This document shows, in pieces, positions 18,954-29,672 of a stretch of DNA of 64,000 bases. The position numbers and the translations under genes are program-made. The notes beneath the pieces were generated by a model that was given only the letters and a program-made list of their open reading frames with translations, did not search any database and was not told where the DNA came from. Source of the DNA: Gemmatimonadota bacterium (GTDB lineage Bacteria > Gemmatimonadota > Gemmatimonadetes > Gemmatimonadales > Gemmatimonadaceae); contig JAZJZK010000015.1 of NCBI GenBank assembly GCA_040389905.1, positions 1-64,000 on the forward strand. Reading direction: 5' to 3'. The stretch's first letter is position 1; each line of letters begins with the position of its first letter.

Positions 18954-20408
18954 TCAGCTCATCCAGTTGACGCCAGCTTCCTTGTTCCATTTCGTGGTCA
19001 TCTTCTTCGCTTGCGTCCAGAATTCGATCGATCCGCGACCGGTTATGTCGCCGACACCGAACTTGGAGTCGTTCCATCCACCAAACGAGAACGGCTCACG
19101 CGGCACCGGCACACCGACATTTACGCCGACCATACCGGCACTCGCGTGCTCCATGACGTGCTTTGCAACGCCGCCACTCTCCGTAAAGACGGACGCGGCG
19201 TTGCCGTACGGAGAAGCATTCTCGATCTGTAAGGCTTCGTTCACGTCCTTGGCGCGCACGATTGCGATCACGGGACCGAAGACTTCTTCCTGCGCGATCT
19301 TCATGTCCGGCGTCACATAGTCCACGATCGTCGGGCCGATGTAGTAGCCATCCTCCCGGCCCGCGACCTTCGCGCCGCGACCATCCACGAGCACCTTTGC
19401 GCCGAGCGCCTCGGCTTCGTCGATGTAGCGCGTGATCCGTTCTCTCGAGGCCGCGGAAATAACGGGGCCGACATCCTTCCCAGGGACCATCGCCTTCGTG
19501 ACTTCGACCATTCGGGCGATGATGTGATCCGTCGCCGACACGGCGACCATTACCGACGCCGCCATGCAACGCTGGCCCGCGCAACCGGACATCGACGCAA
19601 CGATGTTCGTCGCCGCCATCTCCCGATCCGCATCGGGCATGACGATGAGATGATTCTTCGCACCGCCAAGCGCGAGGCAGCGCTTGAGGTTCGAGGTGGC
19701 TCGCCGGTAGACGATCTGCGCCACCTTGGTCGAGCCGACGAAGCTCACGGCAGCGATGCCCGGATGATCGCAGATGGCTTCGACCGCCTCTCGCCCGCCG
19801 TGCACGACCTGAAGCACACCGTCGGGAAGGCCCGACTCCTTGAGCAGTTCGACGATCCGTTTCGCGCTCAGCGGAACCAACTCCGACGGCTTGAGGATCA
19901 TGCAATTGCCGAGGGCGATCGCATTCGGGATCGACCAGTTGGGCACCATGTTCGGGAAGTTGAATGGCGTGATCGACGCCACCACTCCGACAGGGTAGTG
20001 CTCGACTCGGCACTCGACGCCTCGGCTCACTTCGAGTACTTCGCCGGTGACGATCTGTGGCAGCGAGCACGCGAACTCGCAGAGCTCAGCGGACTTCAGT
20101 ATTTCGGCGCGCGCCTCGCTGGCGATCTTTCCGTTTTCCTCCGTGACGAGCGCCGCCAACTCGTCGACGTGCTGTTCGAGCAGCGCTTTGTACTTATAGA
20201 GGACCTGGACCCGCTCCTTGATCGGCGTGACGGACCAGCGGGGGAAGGCGGCGCGGGCGGAGGTGACGGCGGCGTCGACGTCGCGCGCTGAGGACAGCGG
20301 GACGCGCGACAGGATCTCGCCACTACTGGGATTGTAAACATCCAGTGTGGGGGCATCCGGCGACACAAAAGCGCCGCCGATGCAGTTCTGCACTTCGGCG
20401 TATTTCAT
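18954..20408 (-). CDS. mmsA: CoA-acylating (methyl)malonate-semialdehyde dehydrogenase
   Basis: ITPFNFP, KPSE, FVGST, GGAKNH, GQRCMA, EEVFGP and GVNVGVPVP motifs. Confidence 0.9.
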   Translation of the reverse strand: MKYAEVQNCIGGAFVSPDAPTLDVYNPSSGEILSRVPLSSARDVDAAVTSARAAFPRWSVTPIKERVQVLYKYKALLEQHVDELAALVTEENGKIASEARAEILKSAELCEFACSLPQIVTGEVLEVSRGVECRVEHYPVGVVASITPFNFPNMVPNWSIPNAIALGNCMILKPSELVPLSAKRIVELLKESGLPDGVLQVVHGGREAVEAICDHPGIAAVSFVGSTKVAQIVYRRATSNLKRCLALGGAKNHLIVMPDADREMAATNIVASMSGCAGQRCMAASVMVAVSATDHIIARMVEVTKAMVPGKDVGPVISAASRERITRYIDEAEALGAKVLVDGRGAKVAGREDGYYIGPTIVDYVTPDMKIAQEEVFGPVIAIVRAKDVNEALQIENASPYGNAASVFTESGGVAKHVMEHASAGMVGVNVGVPVPREPFSFGGWNDSKFGVGDITGRGSIEFWTQAKKMTTKWNKEAGVNWMS

Positions 20409-20477
20409 AGGCTAACATGTGATGGGGAACGGAGTTGAGCAAGCTCCGTCCATGGTATGCACCTCGTACACGGCGGC

Positions 20478-20511
20478 AAGTGCAGATCCCTCGACCTCGC
20501 TCGGGATGACA
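20478..20511 (+). repeat. REP-like element, family A
   Basis: AAGTGCAGATCCCTCGACCTCGCTCGGGATGACA, nearly identical to 58311-58344. Confidence 0.75.
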
Positions 20512-20532
20512 TCCAGGCTCGGTACTTAGGTA

Positions 20533-20952
20533 TCAGGGCTCCACCGTGGGAGCACCGTTTGGCGTCGTTGGCCGTTCGCCTCGCCCCGTCGCCTTCGCCC
20601 GTTCGCCGATGGATTGTACAAGTGCCGCCAACCTGTGCCGCTCCAGCGGAAGCGTGAGATCAGCCAGCACGGCGCGCTGAAGTGTCGGCTGAAGTACGGC
20701 GGGAGCCACGGCCGCCGTGCGGAAGAGAACTCTCGCGCCACCGGCGCAGATCGGTATCGATAGCAACGCGGCGCCCGTTGCGCTGGCCAATGCCCGGTCG
20801 ACAACCAACACCAGCGGAGTGCGTCGAGCCCCCAACTCGCGAGCTTCTTCGATCGAGCCGACCACAGCCGGCCGATGTCCCAGTCCGGCGAGGCTCTGGG
20901 CAAGCCCTTCCAGCAGTGCCGCGTCCGTTCCCACGAGCATCACGTAGGTCAT
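20533..20952 (-). CDS. Hypothetical protein with a degenerate receiver-like fold
   Basis: VMLVGTD..LAQSL..GH..EEARE..PLVLVVD follows the CheY-like beta/alpha pattern. Confidence 0.55.
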   Translation of the reverse strand: MTYVMLVGTDAALLEGLAQSLAGLGHRPAVVGSIEEARELGARRTPLVLVVDRALASATGAALLSIPICAGGARVLFRTAAVAPAVLQPTLQRAVLADLTLPLERHRLAALVQSIGERAKATGRGERPTTPNGAPTVEP

Positions 20953-20980
20953 TGTGCGGACATCTCCTTGGAACGTGAGG

Positions 20981-21583
20981 TCAGAACCCCGGGAAAAACA
21001 GGTGCATTACCAACCACTCGACAGGTTGAAGCGCAAACCATGCCACGAGTGGAGACAAGTCGATCATGCCGAACGTCGGCAATACGCGTCGCAGTGGCGC
21101 GAGCATCCATTCCGTGGCACGGAACGACCAGCGCGTCCAGACACTGTACGCCAGTCGCGGAAACCACGACGATAACACCCGAACAAGAAGGGCAAGCGCA
21201 AGAAAGCGAAAGACCCAGTGTACGAGAAGCGCGAGGATCCCGACGACCCCCGCGGTGGAGAACAGTGTGACTTCGCGAACGAGTCCAGCAAGCGCATCCA
21301 CGCCCGCGATCACGAGTCCCGCGACGACGACGTAGACGACGAGCCCCCACCACGGCGTCGCCGAAGGATGACCTCCCGCCCGTACCACTTGTCGCTCGAC
21401 ACCCGCGAGACGTGGGTCCACCTGCACGCGCATGAAGCGCGAAAGACCTCCGAAAGGGCTTATTCGGCGAGTTCTGGCAGCCCAATCGGCCGTCGCGATC
21501 GCCGCGACGACGATACCGCCTGCAAGGAGCACTGTCCGGACAAGACCTGAAAGCGCGACGAGAGCGCCGAGTGCGTCGGTCAT
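20981..21583 (-). CDS. YggT family membrane protein
   Basis: RVLSSW...ATEWMLAPLRRVLPTFGMIDLSPLV is the YggT signature. Confidence 0.85.
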   Translation of the reverse strand: MTDALGALVALSGLVRTVLLAGGIVVAAIATADWAARTRRISPFGGLSRFMRVQVDPRLAGVERQVVRAGGHPSATPWWGLVVYVVVAGLVIAGVDALAGLVREVTLFSTAGVVGILALLVHWVFRFLALALLVRVLSSWFPRLAYSVWTRWSFRATEWMLAPLRRVLPTFGMIDLSPLVAWFALQPVEWLVMHLFFPGF

Positions 21584-21666
21584 GCGTGGTATACTGCTGG
21601 AGGTACCTCTCCCCTTCAAGTCTGGTCGTGTGCCAATTTAGTCTTTCCTGACTCAACCGACTTCAA

Positions 21667-22152
21667 ATGCCGACTGAAAAACGCCCTCGCCGCCACTGGC
21701 TCGTCAAATCCGAGCCCGACGTCTTTTCCTTCGACGACCTCCTCGCTCGGCCGGGGAAGACGACCCATTGGGATGGCGTCAGAAACTTTCAGGCACGCAA
21801 CACGATGCGTGACGACATGAAGAAAGGGGATCTGGTCTTCTTCTATCATTCGAGCACGGAACCGCCGGCCATCGTTGGCGTGGCAGAAGTGGTCAAGGAT
21901 GGCTACCCCGACCCCACGGCCTTCGACGCGAACGACTCGCACTTCGATGTGAAGAGCAAGACGGAGTCGCCAACCTGGTTCATGGTCGACATCAAGGCGG
22001 TCAAAAAGCTCAAGACCCCTCTGTCCCTCGGCGAGCTGCGAGGGATGAAGGGTCTCGAGAAGATGACGCTCCTGCAGAAGGGAAGCCGGTTGAGCGTTCA
22101 ACCGGTTTCCGAGTCGGAGTGGGCGATCATCTATGCAGCGGGGATGAAGTAG
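21667..22152 (+). CDS. EVE domain protein
   Basis: WLVKSEP, WDGVRNFQARN, GDLVFFYHS and RLSVQPV motifs. Confidence 0.92.
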   Translation: MPTEKRPRRHWLVKSEPDVFSFDDLLARPGKTTHWDGVRNFQARNTMRDDMKKGDLVFFYHSSTEPPAIVGVAEVVKDGYPDPTAFDANDSHFDVKSKTESPTWFMVDIKAVKKLKTPLSLGELRGMKGLEKMTLLQKGSRLSVQPVSESEWAIIYAAGMK

Positions 22153-22153
22153 G

Positions 22154-23044
22154 TCACGGCACGTCGATGGTGTATCCGTACGGCGACGCGCTGGTCATGA
22201 AGTTCTGCACGTTGAAGGCGACGCCGTCCTTCGAGGTGTCGTACAGATTTCCCAGTGAGAACGTGGCGTAGCCGTTCGCGACTGCCTTCTGATCGATGAG
22301 CGCGTTCATCTGGGTCGCGAGGTCATTGAGAAAGCTCACGTCCGAAGGAGACAGGATGTAATCGGGCGTTCCCGGAATGTCATCGCAGCTCAAGTCGTAG
22401 GGACCGGCGCCGACGGCAGCGCGTCCCGCACCCGTGGCGATCGCGGTCGGAACGAGACCGCGCACGAAGAGAAAGTTCGGGCTCGCGACGCAGTTCGCGT
22501 TCACGGCGACGTTGAACGCGGCAAAGGCCGCGCGCTGCGCAGCGATCTCGGCTCCCGTGCGGATTGTCGGAAACTTGCGGATATCGGTCGGAAGCTTGAC
22601 GTGCACCGCCTTCGCGCCGGTCGCCTTCACGCTGTCGATGATCTTCGAGTACGCGTCGGCGAAGGTCGCGTAGGGCACGAAGGTGAGGTTCGGCGCAAGC
22701 ACGCCGACCTGCGCCGGCAACAGTTCATTCCCGCCGAATTCTACGGAGACGAATGTCGGCTTCTTGGCGCGCATGGCGGTGATCTGTGTCATGCCAGTCG
22801 GCAACACGCGGCTGGTGATCGGCCCGCGTCCGTGCGATGCGGTCGCCGGCGTGGCCGTGAGCGCCTCGACGGCCGTGGCATTCTCGACCGCCAAGAGGTT
22901 CGACGACACCACGCTCCCCGGCATCAGCTCACCGCACATCGTCGACTCGGCGGCAACTGAGCTTCCGTCGACACGAGCGAAGCCGGCGAGCGGGGCGGCG
23001 AGGGGTGGCTGGCATCCCGGCGCGGAAATCAGCGGCAGGCTGAA
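22154..23044 (-). pseudogene. Truncated SGNH/GDSL-type hydrolase remnant
   Basis: SLPLISAPGC, NLLAV and PTFVSVEFGGNEL resemble SGNH blocks II and III. There is no N-terminal catalytic Ser block or signal peptide, and the ORF stops before a DxxH motif. Confidence 0.5.
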
Positions 23045-23182
23045 GGTAGGAAGGGGATCGAAGGGGTCGTGGGGGAAGCGAGCGCCAGCGAGCGAGCAGC
23101 CTACGAGGTGACCGAGGGATGACCGCCCGGAGACACCGCCGAGAGATATTGCGCCCGTCAAATCGCACGAGAGCCTCCTGCC

Positions 23183-26100
23183 ATGCATACAAAGTCCGAG
23201 CGTCATGCCACACCCGACACCAATGCCACGGCTTCTTGCCGCCTCCCCCCACTGCCGTTCGTGGGCCGGCAGGACGAGATGCGCGCCCTGGACGCGTGGA
23301 TGCACCAGGTGGCGTCCGGAGTTGGCGGTACGCAGATCGTTACCGGTGCCGGTGGAGTGGGCAAAACGCGCCTCGTAAACGAGTTGGCGGCGCGGGCGAC
23401 GAAAAACGGATGGACCGTTGCTGCAGGTCAGGGCTTTCCGGTTGAGACTGGTGTTCCCTACGCCCTTTTCACCGACGCGTTGACGCCGGTGATCAGTGCG
23501 CTCGGGTCATCGGCACTCGCGGTGCTCACGCGCGGGGACAGTGGCGCAATCGCGAATATCTCTCCGACGCTCTTTCAACAGAAACCGGCGAGCCACGGGG
23601 GCGACTCGGCCGGTGACGCCAAGGCGCGCCTGCTGTGGGGCGTTTCCCAGTTCCTCGGGCAACTGGCCAAGCAGCACCCGCTCCTCATCGTGCTCGAGAA
23701 TCTTCAATGGGCCGACTCGTCGTCACTCGAGCTGCTCCACTTCATCGCACGTCAGGCAGCGACCCAGAGGGTCGCCATCCTGTGCACATACAATGAAGAA
23801 GAGGCCGAGGCAAACCACGTGCTTCGCTCGACTGAGCAGTCCCTACTGTCGCTGAACGCAGCCCATCTCGTGCGACTCGCGCCACTGCCCGTGGGCGCGT
23901 TGCGACTACTCGTGAGCGAGCTATTCCACACCGACGCGGCGTCCGCGCAGTCGCTCGCGCTCCGGCTTCACTCATGGACGCTCGGGAACCCTTTCTTTGC
24001 CGAAGAGATGTTGAAGGCGCTCGTGGACTCAGGAGCGCTGCAAGAACGAGCGGGAGTCTGGAACGGGTGGGATGCGGACGCGCCGGGGTTACCGCGCTCG
24101 ATACGAGATGCGGTCACGGCGAGAGTGGATCGCTTGGCGGAACGCACACGCTCCGTCGCAAATCTCATTGCAGTCATCGGCACGCGTGTGTCCCATGATG
24201 CCATCGTCGCCGTGAGCGGGTTGCCAGAGCGTGACGTCCTCGCCGCGCTCGACGACCTCCGTGCACATAGCGTCATGACGGAAGACGCAAAGGACGGAGT
24301 GGTTCGCTATGAGTTCATGCATCCACTCATGCGCGATGTCCTTTATGGTGCACTCGGCCTGGCAAGACGTCAGCTGTTGCATGCGACCGTCGCTGAGGCG
24401 CTCGAACAGCAGTATGGTGCGCAGGCGAGCGCCCACGCCGACGAACTCGCGTATCACTTTACCCGCGCGCAGGCGCGCGGCGTCCTGAGCAAGGCGGCGC
24501 GGTACCTTGCCGAAGCGGGCGCGAACGCGCTTGAACGCCACGCGAATCGTGAAGCGGCGGACTACCTGAGCGCCGCACTCGACCAATACGACCGCGAGTG
24601 TCCGGACGGTGATGACGCCTCGATCGACTGCGACGCCGTGGTCGAAGGGTTGGCGCGCGCGCGTCAACGGCTCGGCGAGTACGCGGTGGCAACCGGGCTG
24701 TGGGAACGAGCGCGCGAACTCGCGGCGCGGGCGGCGGACACGCCGCGCATCGCTGCCATCGAACGGCGGTTGGGGCTCGGCGCCTATTGGAGCGGACGAT
24801 ATGCGGATGCGCTTTCGCACTTCGGCGTGGCGTTGACTGTGGGAACGGGAGCCGACGAATCGTTGCGCGCACGTGTGCTCGCGGCGCAGGCAATGACACT
24901 TCATGCGCTCGGTGATCGCGATGCCGCGCGCGGCGTGGTTGACGATGCACTCGCCGTCGCCACTCGGCTTGGCGACGCCGGTGTTCTGGCGCGCGTGCTG
25001 CGAACGTCGCTGCAGTTGCACCTGTTCGTCGGCGACGCGGAAAAAGCGCACGTCGACGCGCTGCGCGCAATCGGCTTCGCGGCTACTGCTGGTGAACGCG
25101 GCGTCGAGTGGTCAGTCCACTGGGCGATGGCAATCGTGGGAGGACTCACCGGAGACGGCGCGATTGTCGCAGAGCATCTCGCGAAGAGCGAGCAGTTGGC
25201 GGACGATCTTCACTCGCCTGTTCTCGGCTGCTGGACGGCGGAAATCGCCATCGAATACGCGGCCGGCATCGGCGATTGGGACGCTGGCCTCGCACGTGCC
25301 GAGCAGGCGATACCACTCGCGCGCGCGTTGGGACAGCGGGTGTTGCTCCCCCGACTCCTCGTGTGGGCTGCGCTCATTCATCTGCACCGCGGAGCACAAG
25401 CGCGGGCAAAGGAATACCTCGACGAAGGGTGGGCACTCCTTAGTAGTGACGTCGTCCATCATCTCCGCAATGTGCACTCTGCCGTGCCCGTGCACGCCGG
25501 CCTCGTCGCGTACCACGTGTCCGTCAGTGAACATGAGCGGGCGCTCGAGATCGGTGAAGCGGGACTCGCACTCGTCGATCGAAGCGGATACGTGGCGTGG
25601 GGAATTCATCGACTGCTTCCCAAGATGATCGAAGCCGCGCTCTATCTTGGAGACCTGGGGCGAGCGGCTCGCTATCTCGACCGGTTACGCGATGATTCGA
25701 TCAAGCTCGGACATCGGCTTGGACTGGCGTGGGTCGATACCGGTGACGCACTGATCGCGATGCTGCGACAGGATCACCAGAACGCCGCGGTGCTCCTGCG
25801 TCGTGGTGCGGACGCACTCGATGCCGTGCCCTGGGTGTTCGATGCAGCGCGCCTGCGCTGCAAACTCGCGTCGGTGCTCACGACGCTCGGCGACCGCGAC
25901 GGCGCGGCACGCGAGCTTCGCCGGGCGCACGACGTGTTCGTGCGATTAGGGGCGGAAGCAGAGCTGACATATGCGCGTGAGCTCATCAGGGAGCGAGGGT
26001 TTCGCCCACCGGCGCGCGCCGTGTCGTCCGGCGTCGCAGGCCTGACGGGAAGGGAAGTGGACATCGCGAGACTGGCAGGTGCGCACAAGTCGAACAAGGA

Positions 26101-26227
26101 AATCGGCGCGGAGCTCGACATCTCACCGCGCACCGTGAGCACGCACATGTCGAACATCTTTGCCAAGTTGGCGGTGGCGTCGCGTGGGGAGCTCGCCGAT
26201 GTGGCCCGAACGCTGCTCGCTCGCTGA
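23183..26227 (+). CDS. LAL-type regulator (AAA/STAND ATPase - TPR - LuxR HTH)
   Basis: FVGR, Walker A GAGGVGKT, LENLQWAD, GNPFF, and C-terminal LTGREVDIARL..SNKEIGAELDISPRTVSTHMSNIFAKL. Confidence 0.9.
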   Translation: MHTKSERHATPDTNATASCRLPPLPFVGRQDEMRALDAWMHQVASGVGGTQIVTGAGGVGKTRLVNELAARATKNGWTVAAGQGFPVETGVPYALFTDALTPVISALGSSALAVLTRGDSGAIANISPTLFQQKPASHGGDSAGDAKARLLWGVSQFLGQLAKQHPLLIVLENLQWADSSSLELLHFIARQAATQRVAILCTYNEEEAEANHVLRSTEQSLLSLNAAHLVRLAPLPVGALRLLVSELFHTDAASAQSLALRLHSWTLGNPFFAEEMLKALVDSGALQERAGVWNGWDADAPGLPRSIRDAVTARVDRLAERTRSVANLIAVIGTRVSHDAIVAVSGLPERDVLAALDDLRAHSVMTEDAKDGVVRYEFMHPLMRDVLYGALGLARRQLLHATVAEALEQQYGAQASAHADELAYHFTRAQARGVLSKAARYLAEAGANALERHANREAADYLSAALDQYDRECPDGDDASIDCDAVVEGLARARQRLGEYAVATGLWERARELAARAADTPRIAAIERRLGLGAYWSGRYADALSHFGVALTVGTGADESLRARVLAAQAMTLHALGDRDAARGVVDDALAVATRLGDAGVLARVLRTSLQLHLFVGDAEKAHVDALRAIGFAATAGERGVEWSVHWAMAIVGGLTGDGAIVAEHLAKSEQLADDLHSPVLGCWTAEIAIEYAAGIGDWDAGLARAEQAIPLARALGQRVLLPRLLVWAALIHLHRGAQARAKEYLDEGWALLSSDVVHHLRNVHSAVPVHAGLVAYHVSVSEHERALEIGEAGLALVDRSGYVAWGIHRLLPKMIEAALYLGDLGRAARYLDRLRDDSIKLGHRLGLAWVDTGDALIAMLRQDHQNAAVLLRRGADALDAVPWVFDAARLRCKLASVLTTLGDRDGAARELRRAHDVFVRLGAEAELTYARELIRERGFRPPARAVSSGVAGLTGREVDIARLAGAHKSNKEIGAELDISPRTVSTHMSNIFAKLAVASRGELADVARTLLAR

Positions 26228-26292
26228 CGCTCGCTCGACGGAACAAGCCCAAGCCCGTCGTTACCGTCAAGGGAGCGCCAGCGAGCGGGCCG

Positions 26293-28545
26293 TTACCCGT
26301 CAAGTGAGCGCGAGCGATCGGACTGTCCGCTCGCCGTTGCCGGCCACCAGTTCCACCGCCCCGCGATTGTGAGCAGCGCCGGACCAACCGCAAGACGTAT
26401 CAGCGTCGCGTCGAGCACGACGGCGGCTGCGAGCGCAACCCCGAGGATCTTCACGATGACGAATTCGCCGAGCGCGAACGCACCGAACACGATCACCATG
26501 ATCGCCGCCGCACTCGTGATGACACGCCCTGAACGTGCGACACCGGAGACGAGTGCCATCCCTTCCGAGGCTCCGCGACGCCGCGCCTCCGCTATTCGCG
26601 AGATGAGAAAGACCTCGTAATCCATGCTCAGGCCGAAAACCACACAGAAAACGAGCAGGGGAATCGCGACAAAGGTACCGTCGAGCGGACTATCCAGACC
26701 CAAGAGGCGAGCACCGTATCCATCCTGGAACACCAACACGACGACGCCGAGCGCAGCCGCGACGGCGAGAAGATCGAGTGCCACCGCCTTGAGCGGAACG
26801 AGCACTGACCGGAAGCCGATGAGCAACGCGACAAGGATGCCTCCCACCACAAGGCCGACAACGCGCGGCATACGCCTGAGGATGGCATCGGCGTAGTCTG
26901 CGTTGAGCCCGGGCACGCCACCGACACTTATCGTCACGCCTGGGATGCCGGCAATGCGCGCCACATCGAGGTTGCGAAGGTCCCGTGCGATCGCGGTCAG
27001 TGCTTCGCCTTGGACCGTATCGAGCGGAATGACTTCGATCATGGCGAGTTGCTCGTCGCGACTCAGATACGTAGCGCGTACGTCTGCCGGAACGAGATAG
27101 AAGGCCGGCGAGCTTGGCAGAACGCCGGGCACAATGGAGGGGAGCGCACGTACATGAAGCACGCGAGTGTCGCTTGCAATCACGTCGGCGAGCCGCTGCG
27201 TTGCAGACCAACCCGCGGCATCAGTTGCGAGGAGCCCTTTCGGGAACGCGATCACGACGCGCATGGTCTGGACAATACCGCCGCGCTCCATGGCGGTCAG
27301 ATCCTGCATCGCACGCGCGCTCTCGGCAGAATGCGGAAGCCAATGCGCGCGGGGAAGGCGCGGCTCGAGCCGGAGCGCTTGCGCGGCGAGCGCGACGAGC
27401 GGCACGCCGGCGAGCAGCAGCACCCGAACTGGTCTGCGAGCGACGAACAATGCCCATCGCCGCCAATGTGGTGACTCGCGGCGCGTGCCGGACCGACCCA
27501 CTCGCCCCCACTCGACGCGAGGGCCAAGTGAGGCCAGCACACCGGGGACCAGCGTGACGGCAACGAGCGACGACACGGCGACGACCAGCAACCCACCGAC
27601 AGCGATCGATCGCAGGTCGTCCAACGGCACGATCAGGAGCGACGCGAAACCCACGATGACGGTCGCGGCCGAAACGAGCACACTATGGCCGGCATTCACG
27701 GTCGCGACAACGGCGGCGGCTTCGCTGCTCAGTCCTCCATGTCGCGCCTCGCGAAAGCGCGTGATCAGTAAAAGCGAGTAATCGACGCCGAGTCCGAGGC
27801 CGAGCATCGAGACAACGTTCTGAAGCACGATGGAGAGCGGCCAGTGTGAAGCGATGAGCGCGGCTGCTCCAAGCGAGAGCCCGATGGCAAGCGCGGCGGC
27901 AGCGAGAGGAATGACGGAAGCCGCGAGAGTCCCAAACGCGAGAACCAGGAGAGCGAGTGTGAGGGGAAGGGCACGACGCTCAGCGAGAGAGACGTTGGCT
28001 GCGCTCGTGCGACGGAGATCAAAATTGAGCGCGTCTTCGCCGGTCCACTTCACGGACAGGCGCGGGTAACGGACGACAAGTGCAGCGGTCGCTGCCGTGG
28101 TACTCGCGCGAAGCCGCGGCATCAGCTTGTCCACCGCGCCGTCGTTTGCATCGAGGCCGACGAGAACAAGTGACTCGCCGTGTGCACCGAGAAAGGCGGA
28201 GTCGCGACGATCAAGATACGATAGGGTGTGCGTCACCCCGGGCACACTCTTCGCCGCGTCGACGATGCGACGCAGTGCCACGCTGCCGTCCTGAGTCGTG
28301 GGGCTCGGCGCGCCCGTCACGACGATGACCGCGGCTCGCGCAAAGGGCGAGGCGAAGCGCGAGCGAAGAAGGAGCGATACGGCGTTGGACTGGCTTCCGT
28401 CGATGTGAATACTGGTCTGCAACAGCGGAGCGAGCCGGCGTGCGAATGGAAGCAGGGCCATCGCGGCGATGATCCAGAATGCGGCGAGCCAGCGCCGGTG
28501 GCGCACGATTGCGCCGGCCAGCGACGTCGCTCGGGGTGATATCAT
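26293..28545 (-). CDS. MMPL/RND family transporter
   Basis: Two membrane halves with GLGLGVDYSLL and FGLSMDYEVFL, plus GRVITSAA; ATG 28545 overlaps the GNAT stop. Confidence 0.9.
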   Translation of the reverse strand: MISPRATSLAGAIVRHRRWLAAFWIIAAMALLPFARRLAPLLQTSIHIDGSQSNAVSLLLRSRFASPFARAAVIVVTGAPSPTTQDGSVALRRIVDAAKSVPGVTHTLSYLDRRDSAFLGAHGESLVLVGLDANDGAVDKLMPRLRASTTAATAALVVRYPRLSVKWTGEDALNFDLRRTSAANVSLAERRALPLTLALLVLAFGTLAASVIPLAAAALAIGLSLGAAALIASHWPLSIVLQNVVSMLGLGLGVDYSLLLITRFREARHGGLSSEAAAVVATVNAGHSVLVSAATVIVGFASLLIVPLDDLRSIAVGGLLVVAVSSLVAVTLVPGVLASLGPRVEWGRVGRSGTRRESPHWRRWALFVARRPVRVLLLAGVPLVALAAQALRLEPRLPRAHWLPHSAESARAMQDLTAMERGGIVQTMRVVIAFPKGLLATDAAGWSATQRLADVIASDTRVLHVRALPSIVPGVLPSSPAFYLVPADVRATYLSRDEQLAMIEVIPLDTVQGEALTAIARDLRNLDVARIAGIPGVTISVGGVPGLNADYADAILRRMPRVVGLVVGGILVALLIGFRSVLVPLKAVALDLLAVAAALGVVVLVFQDGYGARLLGLDSPLDGTFVAIPLLVFCVVFGLSMDYEVFLISRIAEARRRGASEGMALVSGVARSGRVITSAAAIMVIVFGAFALGEFVIVKILGVALAAAVVLDATLIRLAVGPALLTIAGRWNWWPATASGQSDRSRSLDG

Positions 28546-29672
28546 ACCAGCGCCGATTCGAAGTACAGCGGCCGTCCACTGAGTGGCTGGCCAACCCACC
28601 GCCCGGTCGGCGAGGTAATGAACGCATTCACAGCGGTCGGTTGCGCGAGAAGGCCGCTCAGTGACATACCGCGTGGGTCACGTCGATCGAGTGCGAGCGT
28701 GAAAAAGAGCGGTCCCGTGCCACGTCGAGTATCGTAGGCGTGCAGCAACAACGCACGCAATACCGATGCGTCGGCCTCCGGGGCACAGAGGTGCAGTGCC
28801 GTCAACGTCCGCAGGATCGCACCAGCGGGTGGGAGTGGAGCATTGCCGACCATTGGCGACACCATATTCACGACTCGACGCGCCATGGTGAGCCGACGCG
28901 AGTAGTCGAGGACACGCAACTGCTTGAATGCGCGTTGGTCCCACAGGGCCATGAAGCCAACGATGCGACCGTCGGATCGTCGTGCGACCAGGTAGTCGTG
29001 TATCGCCAGACCGGGCGCGCGGTCCACGAATGCTCGCAGACTCGCGGCATCGAGAACGGGAGCGAACTGTCGCTCCGGTGCGTGGCGCAGCCACAATTCC
29101 GCCATCTCCGGAATGTCGTCGTCACGGGCGGGTTCCACTCGTAGTCCGGAGACGGACGATGATCGGCGCCACAGGAAGGGAATAGCGTAGACTTTGAGCA
29201 CCGCCAGCGGGTCGAGAATCGGCAGGCCGCGTGGGCCGGCGCTGCGCCGCTCCATTGCCTTGTTGCCGGCGAGCACAGTCCCGATGATCGGAGTATGACG
29301 TCCGCCGAATTCACCGCAAGCATCGCGTGCAAACGCGATCAACGAGTCGGCCGCCGCGCCGCCTCGATGTCGCGGATCCACCTTGAGATCCCCGACATAC
29401 GCTGTTGGCATGACTCGCCCATCGACGTACGTCGATCTCTCGGCCGCCATGATGCACCCGACAACCCCGTCACTCAGTTCAGCCACGCCCACTCGGCAAC
29501 CAGAACCTTCCAGTTCCGACAACGTGAAGAAGTCAGGCGTCCGTTCCATGCACATCGTCATCTCGCCGACCATCGGGCACGAGGCGGCCAACGCAATGAG
29601 CGCCGCATTGTCCTCTGCTCGCGCGTCGCGCACGACGAGCACAGGAGGCGCGTGCCGGATCGCGGACGTCAT
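28542..29672 (-). CDS. Tandem-domain GNAT family acyltransferase
   Basis: YVGDLKVDPRHRGG acyl-CoA binding motif, VLAGN, and a second GNAT-like half (IVGFMALWDQ). Confidence 0.75.
   Translation of the reverse strand: MTSAIRHAPPVLVVRDARAEDNAALIALAASCPMVGEMTMCMERTPDFFTLSELEGSGCRVGVAELSDGVVGCIMAAERSTYVDGRVMPTAYVGDLKVDPRHRGGAAADSLIAFARDACGEFGGRHTPIIGTVLAGNKAMERRSAGPRGLPILDPLAVLKVYAIPFLWRRSSSVSGLRVEPARDDDIPEMAELWLRHAPERQFAPVLDAASLRAFVDRAPGLAIHDYLVARRSDGRIVGFMALWDQRAFKQLRVLDYSRRLTMARRVVNMVSPMVGNAPLPPAGAILRTLTALHLCAPEADASVLRALLLHAYDTRRGTGPLFFTLALDRRDPRGMSLSGLLAQPTAVNAFITSPTGRWVGQPLSGRPLYFESALV

Noticed and set aside
23183..26227. STAND ATPase as an Avs-type anti-phage protein
   Set aside because: It has a C-terminal LuxR HTH and no effector domain, which fits a LAL transcriptional regulator.
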